Positions 48,830-59,365 of a stretch of DNA of 64,000 nt are shown piece by piece (position 1 is the stretch's first letter; each line of letters opens with the position of its first letter). The DNA lies in the IMG/VR virus record IMGVR_UViG_3300032214_000528, positions 71,032 through 135,031 of that record; one strand, written 5' to 3'. The stretch comes from a virus. Made by a program: the position numbers and the translations under genes. The notes beneath the pieces were generated by a model. The model saw only the letters and a program-made list of their open reading frames with translations. It had not been told where the DNA came from and did no database searches.

Positions 48830-50244
48830 TGGCAACTCGCCGTAGATCTAGAAGAAAAAGTATTGCTGGAAACATCACTGATGTCCAGAAGCGACTTAGA
48901 TACCTAGAGACTCGTCCTGCACCCACTAAGCTTGCTTCCAAAGTCGTTGTGTCTAAAAATATAGCACCCCGTGCTGTAGGACAAGAACTCATTTCTGACT
49001 CAGCTATAACACGTAGAAGTCTAACTGCAGGTGTAGTAGGAACTGGTCAAATAGAGACTGATGCTATTACACAAGATCTACTAGCAACAAACTCTGTAGG
49101 AACAGATCAAATACAGCAAGATTCTGTAACTGCCAATGAGATTGCACCTTCAACTATTACCTCAACCGAGCTGGCAACTGACTCTGTGACTTCTGCTCAG
49201 ATTCTAGGTGGAGCTGTTGGAACTACAGAGCTTGCTGGCGGAATTCCTGATGAAAAAATTGCAGGTATGTCTTCTTCAAAACTTATTGGAAATGTGTTAG
49301 ATAGTCAACTTACTTCTATATCTGCTTCAAAAGTTAGCGGAGTCCTTGCCGATGGAAATATTCCGAGTTTAAGCACATCTAAAATTACCTCTGGAACATT
49401 TGCAGATTCTTTTATCCCAAACTTAGCTGCAGGTAAAATTACCTCTGGAGTGTTTTCTGATGCCCGTATTCCAGCAATAACTTCAGATAAAATACCGTCA
49501 TTAGATGCTTCTAAGATAGGTAGTGGAACATTCCCAACATCTCGTATTCCAAGTTTACCTGCATCTCAGATTACTAGCGGAACGTTTTCTACATCATTAA
49601 TCCCGTCAATCACCAATGCCATGCTAGCTGGTGGTATTACTAATGGAAAAATTTCCAGTGTAAGTGGAGATAGCATTACAACAGGAACTATCAGTATAAA
49701 TAGACTCCCGTCTGGTCTTATAACTAGCCTTTCTGGATCAAGCCCTATTTCAGTGTCTGGAAGCGGTAGCTCTAGAACCGTCTCAATTAGCTCTACAGCT
49801 TTTGCAACTGCGACTCACACACACTCGGGATACGCTACCTCTGGTCATGGTCACGGTCGTGTAGATACTTCTTTTGCTGGTGGCCACGTCGGTCACGGTG
49901 GTCACACTCACTTTTCAAACATCACCTCTTCTAGAAAACTTAAGAAAGAGATTTCTGACTATTCTATGGATCTAGATAAACTTTTCCTACTTAAGCCGAA
50001 AAAATTTAAGTACCGCAATCAAGCAAGAATGGCTAGCAAAAACCGCGAATGGGACTACGGATATATTGCTGAAGAAGCAGTCGAGATGGGTGTTGAAGAA
50101 ATTGTTGGATACGATGAAAAAGGAGAAGTGGATAGTATTAATTATGGGCTTCTTTCTGTTTTTGTTTTAGAGCTAGTCAAGAAACAACAAAGTGAGATAG
50201 ACTTACTTTCAGAAGAGATTAAGCGACTTAAGGAGAATCTATGA
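48829..50244 (+). CDS. Tail fibre with C-terminal S74-like intramolecular chaperone
   Basis: ASKITSG repeats; SSRKLKKEI...LKPKKFKY...GYIAEE...INY..coiled coil. Confidence 0.8.
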   Translation: MATRRRSRRKSIAGNITDVQKRLRYLETRPAPTKLASKVVVSKNIAPRAVGQELISDSAITRRSLTAGVVGTGQIETDAITQDLLATNSVGTDQIQQDSVTANEIAPSTITSTELATDSVTSAQILGGAVGTTELAGGIPDEKIAGMSSSKLIGNVLDSQLTSISASKVSGVLADGNIPSLSTSKITSGTFADSFIPNLAAGKITSGVFSDARIPAITSDKIPSLDASKIGSGTFPTSRIPSLPASQITSGTFSTSLIPSITNAMLAGGITNGKISSVSGDSITTGTISINRLPSGLITSLSGSSPISVSGSGSSRTVSISSTAFATATHTHSGYATSGHGHGRVDTSFAGGHVGHGGHTHFSNITSSRKLKKEISDYSMDLDKLFLLKPKKFKYRNQARMASKNREWDYGYIAEEAVEMGVEEIVGYDEKGEVDSINYGLLSVFVLELVKKQQSEIDLLSEEIKRLKENL

Positions 50245-50627
50245 TAACTTATTCAGCCTTGTACGAGGTCGGAAAAAGACCTCTAATTAGAAAAACTGTA
50301 GAAGCTATTGACGGTTCTATGATTGACACTGGTATTAATTTTTATAACGAAGAAGAACGAGAGTTTCTCACTGATGAAATTATCCAACAACATCTTCTAA
50401 ACCTACATACTTATTTTAAAGATTTATCATCCCTATCTACTCTAATGCCTACAGGTACCCCTCTAACAACATATATCATTCCTGAATGGGATTCTTTAAA
50501 CGAGATCTTTCAAGAAATGAATGCATGGTGGAATTTAATAACGTTTAGACCAGAGATAGATGAACCACATGATGACAGTCTTCACAGCCATGATCCAGAG
50601 ACAGGGGAAGAAATCCCAAATGCATGA
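50241..50627 (+). CDS. Hypothetical protein
   Basis: ORF track; ATGA coupling. Confidence 0.6.
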   Translation: MITYSALYEVGKRPLIRKTVEAIDGSMIDTGINFYNEEEREFLTDEIIQQHLLNLHTYFKDLSSLSTLMPTGTPLTTYIIPEWDSLNEIFQEMNAWWNLITFRPEIDEPHDDSLHSHDPETGEEIPNA

Positions 50628-51090
50628 AGTTAAAGATGGATCACGAACACTTCAATTTAATGGACGCCTATTAGGAGAGTCAACTTCTTGGCGTCGTGGA
50701 TCTACACGTTGGATTGAGTTCAAGCTTTTTAAAACAGAAAACGGTTCATATGTTCTTTCCCGTGTCGGAGTTTCACTTATTTTTCATGGTGCGGCGTGTC
50801 CACTTGTAAAGAGATACTATTTAAAGGAAGATAGTGCAGATGTATTGAAAGAAGACTCTTTACCATGCGAGGAATGTAATCCTTCTAAAGATCTTCCTGT
50901 TATATTCCCAGAAACAGACCGCAACTGGGCTCAGGTAAGCGAGGACCCAGCTGCTGTACTAGATGCACTTTACAAATATGACCAAGGTGGGGCAAGATAC
51001 CTTACTAACGTTGCTCAAAGGCTTCTCGAAAGATCGGCTCCGAATGACGAAAGGATAGATTCCATCTACAGAGTGGAAATGATCCCTTAA
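50620..51090 (+). CDS. Hypothetical phage protein
   Basis: ORF 50560-51090; start trimmed to MHEVKDG. Confidence 0.7.
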   Translation: MHEVKDGSRTLQFNGRLLGESTSWRRGSTRWIEFKLFKTENGSYVLSRVGVSLIFHGAACPLVKRYYLKEDSADVLKEDSLPCEECNPSKDLPVIFPETDRNWAQVSEDPAAVLDALYKYDQGGARYLTNVAQRLLERSAPNDERIDSIYRVEMIP

Positions 51091-51106
51091 ACAAAGTTAG
51101 GAAAGA

Positions 51107-52945
51107 ATGAGCGACAACCAAACGACGCAAGGACTAGGTGATGTAAAACTTCACCTTGTTGATTCTGTAGAAAAAGCTGGCCAATTTCTTACTTGGTTAG
51201 GTGAAAGACGTCCTTACGACGCAATTGCAATTGACACCGAGACTGGTGAACGCCCCGGCGGTCAGCGGTCTGATGCACTATCTCCTTGGCACGGCGATCT
51301 TCGTCTTGTTCAAGTTGGAGATGGAATGCAGGGATGGTCTATTCCTTGGGATGAATGGAATGGTGTCTTTTATGAATCAATGAGAAAGTTTCATGGACCT
51401 ATTGTGTGTCACAATATTGCATTTGAAGCTAAATGGTTTGCAGTTAAATCTAAGTGGGATCTTCCTTGGCAGCGTGCACACGACACAATGATTATGGCTC
51501 ACATCATCGATCCACTAGGTGTCGGCGGTCTTAAGCCACTTGCTGCTCGCTATGTAGATGGTAAAGCAGTAGCAATGCAGGAGAGTCTTGATTTAGGTCT
51601 TGTTGAGAATGGTTGGACTTGGGGAACTGTCCCAACTAACTATGAACCATATTGGATTTACGGTGCTCTCGATACTGTGTTGACTATGCGTCTGTGGGAA
51701 CAGTTTTATCAAAAATGCGGGCCAAATGGTCCATACAACAAAGCATATGAACTTGAAATGGCTACACGCAAGATTGTTACTCGTATGGAGATTAACGGTG
51801 CTCGTGTTGATCTTGACTACTCTAAACAGAAGTACAACGAACTTCTTTCTTACGCAGAGTCTGTTAAAGAGTGGGCAGCTAAAACTTATGGTGGTGCAAG
51901 TATTACTAGTAACATTCAATTAGTTAGATTATTTGAAAAGCTTGGTGCAGACATTACAGAGACAACTCCATCTGGAGCAAAGTCTGCCAGCAAAGATCAA
52001 CTTAAACTTTTAACAATTAATGGTAATGAAGAGGTAAAGAACCTAGCTGAGATTGTGCTTAAGCAGCGCAAGGCAGACAAGTTAGCTAATACCTACTTCC
52101 TAAACTTTATTAATAAAAATGTAGATGGACTTCTTCATCCCTCGGTAAAAACTCTAGGTGCTCGTACATCTCGTATGTCTATTACTGATCCAGCTTTACA
52201 GACTCTTCCTAAGGGAGACGAAACAGTACGCAGAGCGTTTTTACCTCGTGACCCTGACCATGTGATTATTTCTTCCGACTTAGATCAGGTTGAGTTCCGT
52301 ATGTTTGCATCTTTATCTCAAGATCCAAACCTCATCTCTCTATTTCATAAGGCAGATGCAACTGGCTCTGATCCATTTACTGAGATTGGTCGTCAGGTCT
52401 ATCAAGAACCAGATATGCAAAGATCAGACAAGCGTCGTAACCTCATCAAGGGTGTTGTCTACGGACGACTCTATGGTGCTGGTGTTGCTAAGCAAGCTTT
52501 GACTGCTGGAGTATCAGAACCTCAGATGCGGTCTGTGTCTGACTCATTTGATGCTAACTATCCCGGCATGATGATGTTTCAGAAACATATTGAAAATATT
52601 GGAATGAATAGATTGCGTACAGAAGGGCAGGGATATGTTCATACTTGGACTGGTCGTCGTATCCCTTGCGATGAAGAGCGTGTCTACACTCTTGTTAACT
52701 ATCTAATTCAAGGTGGTGCTGCTGAAGTATTTAAAAGCAACCTCGTTAAGTTGGATCAAGCAGATCTCACCGAACACCTAATTGTTCCAGTGCACGATGA
52801 AATTGTTTTACAAGCACCAAAAGATCAAGTCGAAGAGTTCAAGAGAACTGTTCAAGAGTGTATGACCACCACCGAAGGCTGGGCTGTTCCACTAACCTCT
52901 GGCATAGATGGTCCAATGGAAAACTGGGGGGAAAAGTACGCATGA
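51107..52945 (+). CDS. polA: DNA polymerase, family A (3'-5' exonuclease + polymerase)
   Basis: DTET exonuclease motif; DLDQVEFR, R..IK...YG.LYG and VHDE motifs A/B/C. Confidence 0.92.
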   Translation: MSDNQTTQGLGDVKLHLVDSVEKAGQFLTWLGERRPYDAIAIDTETGERPGGQRSDALSPWHGDLRLVQVGDGMQGWSIPWDEWNGVFYESMRKFHGPIVCHNIAFEAKWFAVKSKWDLPWQRAHDTMIMAHIIDPLGVGGLKPLAARYVDGKAVAMQESLDLGLVENGWTWGTVPTNYEPYWIYGALDTVLTMRLWEQFYQKCGPNGPYNKAYELEMATRKIVTRMEINGARVDLDYSKQKYNELLSYAESVKEWAAKTYGGASITSNIQLVRLFEKLGADITETTPSGAKSASKDQLKLLTINGNEEVKNLAEIVLKQRKADKLANTYFLNFINKNVDGLLHPSVKTLGARTSRMSITDPALQTLPKGDETVRRAFLPRDPDHVIISSDLDQVEFRMFASLSQDPNLISLFHKADATGSDPFTEIGRQVYQEPDMQRSDKRRNLIKGVVYGRLYGAGVAKQALTAGVSEPQMRSVSDSFDANYPGMMMFQKHIENIGMNRLRTEGQGYVHTWTGRRIPCDEERVYTLVNYLIQGGAAEVFKSNLVKLDQADLTEHLIVPVHDEIVLQAPKDQVEEFKRTVQECMTTTEGWAVPLTSGIDGPMENWGEKYA

Positions 52946-53409
52946 TTAAATATGTTTTAGCTGTAGATCCAGGAAAAGCAACAGGTGTTGTATTTATGTC
53001 GTGGAATGGGTCTGACCCAGTACCCAACGTAATACTTTCAAAAGAGGTTCAACCAGAAGAGTTTGCATTAGTAGTTGACACAATTTTAAATACCCAGAAG
53101 CAAGAAGAAAACTTTACTGTTGTATGCGAGCGCTTTACTATCAATGCTCAGACAGTCCGTAACTCTCAGGCTCCGTACTCCCTTGAGCAGATTGGTGTCC
53201 TCAAGCACCTATGTCGCACCAATATGTATGACCCAGAAAAGATCGTTTTGCAGTCTCCAGCAGATGCCAAGAATATGTTCCCCAACCCAGTCCTGAAGAA
53301 GCTTGGGACTTGGCATATAGGGGGCGAAGGGCATGCAAATGATGCAATGAGACACGCCTTACTAAGGCTAGTTAAAACTGGCTGGGTTCCAAGAACTCTG
53401 CTAGACTAA
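52942..53409 (+). CDS. ruvC: RuvC-like Holliday junction resolvase
   Basis: LAVDPGKATG, VVCERF, HANDA.RH motifs. Confidence 0.7.
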   Translation: MIKYVLAVDPGKATGVVFMSWNGSDPVPNVILSKEVQPEEFALVVDTILNTQKQEENFTVVCERFTINAQTVRNSQAPYSLEQIGVLKHLCRTNMYDPEKIVLQSPADAKNMFPNPVLKKLGTWHIGGEGHANDAMRHALLRLVKTGWVPRTLLD

Positions 53410-53494
53410 AGATACTATTTAAAAACTTTTAGTTTGCAATATCTTCAGTAGTATGTTTTACTTGATGTAGTGACGCTAAGGAGTAGGTGGGAAA

Positions 53495-55297
53495 ATGGCA
53501 GTAACAGTAGATATAAACCCAGACAAGAACAACATCCTCATAACCGCTGACTGGCGCTTTAAAGAGCTCTGTAAGAGCCTTCCAGGGGCTTCCTGGAGCC
53601 CTAAGGAGCAGGTCTGGACTGTTCCACTTAGCTGGACAACTTGCCTTGCTCTACGGTCAACCTTCAAGGAAGACCTGTTTGTAGGACCTGCTTTAACAGA
53701 GTGGGCGACTAATGAGCTCAATAATAGAATTGCTCCTGCTAATGCTCTTAGAGAGCTTGAGACCTATGAGGGTGATGAAGACCTTTTTCCACATCAGCGG
53801 GCTGGCGTAGCCTTTCTTAGCACTGCTAAGCGAGCCCTTCTTGCAGACGAACCGGGCCTTGGTAAGACTGCTCAGGCTATTCGTGCTCTTAAAAAACTTC
53901 AGGACAATGGAGAAGATGTTTTCCCAGCGCTTATTGTTTGCCCTAACACTTTGAAGAAGAATTGGGCTAGAGAGTTTGAAAGATGGTGGCCGGGAGTAAA
54001 GACTCAGGTTATCAAGGGTTCTGCTGTGCAGCGCAAGAAGCAGTTTGCTAACGAAGAAGCACAGGTATTTATTATTAACTGGGAATCACTTCGCTCTCAC
54101 TCAAGACTGTCTGGCTATGGCTCTATTGCTTTGGTCAAATGTGTTGCAATGGGCGGGCAGGACCCTGCTGTGACAGAGGCTCGTTGTGAAGTCACTCCAC
54201 GAGAACTTAACAAAATTGATTTTCAAGCCGTAGTAGCAGATGAAATTCACCGTTCTAAAGAACCAAAATCAAAGCAGACTCGTGCTCTTTGGGCTGCAAC
54301 TGGCGATGCTCCTATCCGCTTTGCACTTACTGGAACTCCAATCGCTAAAGATGTTGTTGACCTGTGGTCAATTCTTCACTGGTTATCTCCTATCGACTGG
54401 CCATCAAAGACAAAGTGGATTGATCGAATGATTGACATCATGCTCAATGCGTTTGGTGGAATGATGGTTATTGGTGTTAAGCCACATATGGAAGATGAGT
54501 TCCATAAGAGCGTTAACCCTGTAATGCGTCGTATGCTCAAGAAGGTAGTGCTCCCTTGGCTTCCACCAGTTATGAATGAGCGTCGTGATGTTGAAATGTC
54601 AACTAAGCAGAAGAAAGCTTATGACCAGATGCGTGACACAATGATTGCTGAGTTGGAAAATGGAGATGCGGTTACTGCCCCATCAATCCTAACTCAGACA
54701 ACTCGCTTACTTCAGTTTGCTAGTTCTTACGCAACTATGGAAGTTGATGAGTCAACTGGGGAGATGAAGACAGTTCTTGCAGGTCCATCTTGTAAGGTTG
54801 ATTCACTTATGGATGATATTAAGAATGGCGACTTTGGAGACGACTCTGTAGCCGTTTGTGCCGTATCTCGTCAGCTTATTGATCTTCTTAGCGCAGAACT
54901 AACTAAGGCTGGTATTAAGCACGGGCTAATTACTGGTGCTCAAGATGAAGATGAGCGTCAGAGAGCCGTAGATGATTTCCAAGCAGGAAACATTAAGTGG
55001 GTTCTCTTTACAGCCCAAGCAGGTGGTGTGGGTATCACGTTGACCGCTGCTCGCCGTCTTGTTATGCTACAGCGACCTTGGTCACTAGTTGATCATCGTC
55101 AAGCCTTGGATCGAGTACACCGCATTGGTAGCGAAATCCACGACTCTATTTTAATTATGGATTATGTTACTGAAGGAACAATAGAAGAGAGAGTTATCCA
55201 AGTGCTTGAGACAAAGTCAGATAACTTTGAACAGATTGTGCGAGATAAAGATCAACTAATGAAGTTGCTCAAGGATGATAAGGCGGGAGTGCTATGA
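53495..55297 (+). CDS. SNF2-family helicase
   Basis: LADEPGLGKT, DEIH, LTGTP, QALDRVHRIG. Confidence 0.9.
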   Translation: MAVTVDINPDKNNILITADWRFKELCKSLPGASWSPKEQVWTVPLSWTTCLALRSTFKEDLFVGPALTEWATNELNNRIAPANALRELETYEGDEDLFPHQRAGVAFLSTAKRALLADEPGLGKTAQAIRALKKLQDNGEDVFPALIVCPNTLKKNWAREFERWWPGVKTQVIKGSAVQRKKQFANEEAQVFIINWESLRSHSRLSGYGSIALVKCVAMGGQDPAVTEARCEVTPRELNKIDFQAVVADEIHRSKEPKSKQTRALWAATGDAPIRFALTGTPIAKDVVDLWSILHWLSPIDWPSKTKWIDRMIDIMLNAFGGMMVIGVKPHMEDEFHKSVNPVMRRMLKKVVLPWLPPVMNERRDVEMSTKQKKAYDQMRDTMIAELENGDAVTAPSILTQTTRLLQFASSYATMEVDESTGEMKTVLAGPSCKVDSLMDDIKNGDFGDDSVAVCAVSRQLIDLLSAELTKAGIKHGLITGAQDEDERQRAVDDFQAGNIKWVLFTAQAGGVGITLTAARRLVMLQRPWSLVDHRQALDRVHRIGSEIHDSILIMDYVTEGTIEERVIQVLETKSDNFEQIVRDKDQLMKLLKDDKAGVL

Positions 55298-56220
55298 GTG
55301 GTGTAGTTAGGTTATCTAACTCTGAGATTCAAACATTTAAAGATTGTCGTCGTAAGTGGTGGCTTGCCTACTATCGTCGTATGCAACCTAAGTTCCGTGA
55401 CAAGACTGGTGCGCTAGCTTTTGGTAGCCGTATTCACGCAGCACTAGATGATCACTACGCAAACGGCGTACCTCTTTTAGATGCTCATGCAAGATTAGTA
55501 AATGTAGATAAAGAAGTTCTTCTATCTAACTTTTTAGATGTATCTTCTCTTGAAGCTGAAGCCGAGATGGGTCGCATCATGCTTGAGGGTTATGAAGAGT
55601 GGGTTAAAGAAGAAGGTATTGATGCAGAACTTGAAATGATTTCTACTGAAGAAACAATTATTGCTCCGTTGTTTAATGGAGAAGTTGAGTTACAAGGAAA
55701 GCTTGATATGCGTGTTCGTCGTAAGGTAGACGGGGTCCGTATGTTCCGTGACTTTAAGACTGTTGGTGGTTCTCTAGGAGATTTTGGAAACCTTGCTCAT
55801 ATGAACGAGCAAGTTATGACATATATGCTTCTTGAAGCTACAAAGGCTGATGAAGATCAACGTTCGGATGGAGGTATCTTTACACTTCTTAAGAAGGTAA
55901 AGAGAACAGCAACTGCTCGCCCACCGTTTTATGATCAAGTAGAAGTTCACCATAATGTATTTACAATGCGTTCCTTCTGGAATAGAATCCACGGAACAAT
56001 CTCCGATCTTATGAATGTTCGTAGAGCTTTAGATACTGGCTCAGATCACTCGTTTGTTGCATATCCGACACCAAGTCGTGATTGCAAATGGAAGTGCCAA
56101 TTTTTCGCTATATGCCCGATGTTTGACGACGGAAGCGCCGCTGAACAAGCACTTAGCGATTCGTATGAGGAAGCAGATCCTTATGCGTATTATGAAACCG
56201 ACAAAAAAGGAAGTGAGTGA
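55294..56220 (+). CDS. PD-(D/E)XK exonuclease (RecB/Cas4-like)
   Basis: C.R.W, GKLD...DFKT, C..KC.F..IC. Confidence 0.85.
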   Translation: MSGVVRLSNSEIQTFKDCRRKWWLAYYRRMQPKFRDKTGALAFGSRIHAALDDHYANGVPLLDAHARLVNVDKEVLLSNFLDVSSLEAEAEMGRIMLEGYEEWVKEEGIDAELEMISTEETIIAPLFNGEVELQGKLDMRVRRKVDGVRMFRDFKTVGGSLGDFGNLAHMNEQVMTYMLLEATKADEDQRSDGGIFTLLKKVKRTATARPPFYDQVEVHHNVFTMRSFWNRIHGTISDLMNVRRALDTGSDHSFVAYPTPSRDCKWKCQFFAICPMFDDGSAAEQALSDSYEEADPYAYYETDKKGSE

Positions 56221-57011
56221 CGATGAGCAATATTCAACGTTCTCTTACCGTTATGGTGTATGGAGAGAGTAAGGTTGGTAAATCCAGTTTTGCTGTTACT
56301 GCACCGTATCCACGCCTAATGCTTGATGTTGAGGGTGGACACCGCTTCCTCCCGATCATTGTTAAGTATTGGGATCCTCTTCGTGAGGAGCCACCTGTAG
56401 CAGATGGTACTTGGGATACATGTGTAGTTACAGTTCGTGACTATGACACTGTTCTTAAGACATACCAGTGGTTACAACTAGGTAAGCATCAATTTAAGAG
56501 TCTTATTATTGACTCTGTATCTGAACTTCAAGTTAAGTGCTTGGAGAACATTGCAGGTGTTAATCAGATGACACAGCAACAATGGGGAGAACTTCTTCGC
56601 CATATGGGTGGACTCTTGCGTGATCTGCGTGACCTAACAATGCATGCAACAAATCCATTAGAAGCAGTAGTTCTAACTGCAATGGCTCGTCTTGATAAGG
56701 ATGGTCGTTATCGTCCATACCTACAAGGTCAGCTTGCAATTCAGGCTCCTTACTTCTACGACATTCTGGGTGCGATTACCGTTGAGGAACGTCACAATCC
56801 AGATCCAACACAACCTCCGTTCAAAGTTCGTCGTATGTACGTTGAGCGCACAAATCAGCATGAAGCTGGTGAGCGTGTACAAGGACGCCTTGGCAAGATT
56901 GTGGAGCAGGAAAATCTCTCTATCGAAAGAATGTTAGACATTATTTTCGGACAGAGACAAGCAGCAGCGGCGGCCGCAGCAGCTGAAACGACAACAGAGA
57001 AAGAAGGATAA
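56217..57011 (+). CDS. AAA ATPase (Sak4/AAA_24-like recombinase)
   Basis: VYGESKVGKS, LDVEGG, IIDSVSELQ. Confidence 0.8.
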   Translation: MTMSNIQRSLTVMVYGESKVGKSSFAVTAPYPRLMLDVEGGHRFLPIIVKYWDPLREEPPVADGTWDTCVVTVRDYDTVLKTYQWLQLGKHQFKSLIIDSVSELQVKCLENIAGVNQMTQQQWGELLRHMGGLLRDLRDLTMHATNPLEAVVLTAMARLDKDGRYRPYLQGQLAIQAPYFYDILGAITVEERHNPDPTQPPFKVRRMYVERTNQHEAGERVQGRLGKIVEQENLSIERMLDIIFGQRQAAAAAAAAETTTEKEG

Positions 57012-57014
57012 TAG

Positions 57015-57587
57015 GTGAGTACCAAAAATTGGTCTGACTTAATCAAGGATGCTGGTGAAACTGGCAGTTATGAACCACTACCAGATGGCGATTATGATCT
57101 AGTAGTAGTTGAAGCAACTGCGACAACATCACAGTCTGGTAAGACAATGTTCAAGCTAAAGACACAGGTTGAGGGCGGAGCTCACAACAAGCGTCTTGTA
57201 TGGGATAACTTGGTTGTAACACCAGATAGCCCTGCTGCACTTGGTATGTTGTTCAAAAAGTTCCACGCAATGGGAATTGGTCGTGGATATTTTGATACAA
57301 ATCCAACAAACGCACAAATTGAGGCAACCCTCACTGGTCGCAGATTCCGTGCACAGATTGGTAGCCGTTTATATAACGGTGCTAAGAAAAACGAAATCCG
57401 CAACTACTTCCCGAGTGCTGCAACTATTGCAGCAATGCAAGGTGACACTGCAGCCCCTGTTCAGGCAGCAGCACCAGCGTCACCACCTCCAGCTCCAGCG
57501 CCAGCACCTGCACCTGCACCAGTTGCAGAAGCAGCTCCAGCTCCAGCAGCGCCAGCTCCAGCAGCGCCACCGACTGCACCGTTCTAA
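57015..57587 (+). CDS. DUF669-like ssDNA-binding protein
   Basis: YEPLPDGDY..., Pro/Ala tail ending PF. Confidence 0.75.
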   Translation: MSTKNWSDLIKDAGETGSYEPLPDGDYDLVVVEATATTSQSGKTMFKLKTQVEGGAHNKRLVWDNLVVTPDSPAALGMLFKKFHAMGIGRGYFDTNPTNAQIEATLTGRRFRAQIGSRLYNGAKKNEIRNYFPSAATIAAMQGDTAAPVQAAAPASPPPAPAPAPAPAPVAEAAPAPAAPAPAAPPTAPF

Positions 57588-57596
57588 TCTAGTCCG

Positions 57597-57630
57597 TTAG
57601 GGGGCTGCTCAAGACAGAGCAGTCCTCTAA
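57597..57630 (+). terminator. Hairpin after the SSB-like gene
   Basis: TTAGGGGGCTGCTC / GAGCAGTCCTCTAA; no T-run. Confidence 0.5.
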
Positions 57631-57648
57631 CAACAAATAAGGAGAAAA

Positions 57649-58677
57649 GTGAAAGTATTAGTTACAGGATTTACAGCGACTCAGTGCTCTGAGAACGCTA
57701 GTAATCGCTTGTCTACTTTTACTGGATTATTTAAAAATGCTTTGGATGAACTCCATTGTGATGTGACTTGGTCTAAGCCAAAGTTAAGTATGGATAAAGA
57801 GTATTTAAGTCAATACGATATGGTTATTGTAGGAGTTGCATCTCCTCATAGCGTCTCTGCTAATTATGTATATGCTGGCCTTTGGGTAGCCAGTCAAGCA
57901 AAAGAATTAGGGAAGCTAAGACTTCTTATTGACGCACCTGATCCGTACTGGATTTGGTCAGGGATTAGAGATTGCAACGACAACCCACATAAACTTTTTA
58001 AAGAGTTTTACTCACGCAGAGACAACTACTTTCAGGCTCAAGAGCCTAAGTATGCAGAATCAATTTATAAATTTCTTAATCACTTATATACAGAACAGTG
58101 GGGTAAAACTATTGTCCCTAGCATGCCTTGGTTCTCAAGGGAAGTCGTGTCAAATGCAATTAAAAATTTAAACACTGAAGATGTAATCGGTATTTGCTAT
58201 GACAGAGATGTTATTGATGCTTCTTATGATCGTTTAGAACCTTCTTATGGAACATACTGGTGCGCTGATGCTCCTAAAAGTGCTTGGACTAAGAGGGTTG
58301 TAAAAAGCTTAACCTATGAAGTGTCTCCAATAAAATTAAATAAGTATGATAAAAATACAGAAATTCTAAGTCGTATGGAAAATTCCATAGGAACTTTGAT
58401 TAGTACATATCAAAACAACGATCCTTGGTGGTCTATAGCAATATCTCAATCGATTGCGGTTGGGGTTCCTGTAGTCACTGATTGGCGTCATACATCTTGG
58501 GTAGGAGCAGAATGGGCGTTTTTACCTTCAACAATAGAAGAGATGAGCCCGAGTCAGCGGCTTATCGTGGCACAAAGTCAGAAAGATTTTTACAGAGATG
58601 CCACTCCCTCACGGGAGGACTCTTTGCAAAAAACAGCAGAAGCACTGGACAACCAGAGCCTGTTGTCAGTAATCTAG
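57649..58677 (+). CDS. GT-B fold glycosyltransferase (T4 beta-glucosyltransferase-like)
   Basis: MKVLVTG start, YDMVIVG, terminal GVPVVTDW; by-eye similarity only. Confidence 0.5.
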   Translation: MKVLVTGFTATQCSENASNRLSTFTGLFKNALDELHCDVTWSKPKLSMDKEYLSQYDMVIVGVASPHSVSANYVYAGLWVASQAKELGKLRLLIDAPDPYWIWSGIRDCNDNPHKLFKEFYSRRDNYFQAQEPKYAESIYKFLNHLYTEQWGKTIVPSMPWFSREVVSNAIKNLNTEDVIGICYDRDVIDASYDRLEPSYGTYWCADAPKSAWTKRVVKSLTYEVSPIKLNKYDKNTEILSRMENSIGTLISTYQNNDPWWSIAISQSIAVGVPVVTDWRHTSWVGAEWAFLPSTIEEMSPSQRLIVAQSQKDFYRDATPSREDSLQKTAEALDNQSLLSVI

Positions 58678-58703
58678 GCACATCTGTCAGAAAGGACATT
58701 AAG

Positions 58704-59144
58704 ATGCCAGAAGTAGATATGAACTGGGTTAAAGAACAACTAACCGAGAACAAAACAAAGAGAGTTGTTGGCGATACCGTCATCAAGCTTCTTAATACTT
58801 GGACCGAGGTAAAGGGCACGGATCCAGATCCAGATAAAGACCAAGCAAACCTAAGTCAAGTAATTGAGCTTTTTAGTAAAATTGCTTTAGGCCATGCTAT
58901 TGTAAAAGAAAATAAAAATGAAAACTGGACTCCAGCACAGGCAGGATCACTTGTTGTTGCCGATGATGTTCGTGTTAAGTGGAATGCTTTTGATGGCGAA
59001 AAAGGCAAAATCCACAACGGGCGTCGTGGCAAAATTGTTAGCATTCGTTATGGTGACATTATTGTCAAAACAACAGATGGTAAAGAGCCAATGCTAGAAG
59101 GATTCCACTACACTCCACAACAACTAGAAAAGAGGGTTCCATAA
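58704..59144 (+). CDS. Hypothetical protein with C-terminal SH3-like domain
   Basis: AAAGGA RBS before ATG 58704. Confidence 0.7.
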   Translation: MPEVDMNWVKEQLTENKTKRVVGDTVIKLLNTWTEVKGTDPDPDKDQANLSQVIELFSKIALGHAIVKENKNENWTPAQAGSLVVADDVRVKWNAFDGEKGKIHNGRRGKIVSIRYGDIIVKTTDGKEPMLEGFHYTPQQLEKRVP

Positions 59145-59365
59145 TGATAGTTTCAAATGTAAGACTTTTAGTTCACGGTAACTCGTACAAAGAAATTGTT
59201 GAAAAAACAGAAAAAAAGATTGCTAACTTTTTACAAGTTGACTATGAAGACATTGAATCTAATGCTAGTTTTGAGTATATGATGTACGAGTCATCTAATG
59301 ACGGTCTTTCAGAAGTAATATACTCTGCTGAAGTATCTGTAAGAGTAAAAAATGTCAACGGATAA
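59144..59365 (+). CDS. Hypothetical protein
   Basis: TAATG coupling. Confidence 0.6.
   Translation: MIVSNVRLLVHGNSYKEIVEKTEKKIANFLQVDYEDIESNASFEYMMYESSNDGLSEVIYSAEVSVRVKNVNG

Noticed and set aside
55294-56220. Cas4-like gene as evidence of CRISPR
   Set aside because: No array or other cas genes; sits in a recombination module
58685-58705. Additional TGTCAG promoter
   Set aside because: Spacing is N9, and the sequence doubles as the RBS/start of the next gene
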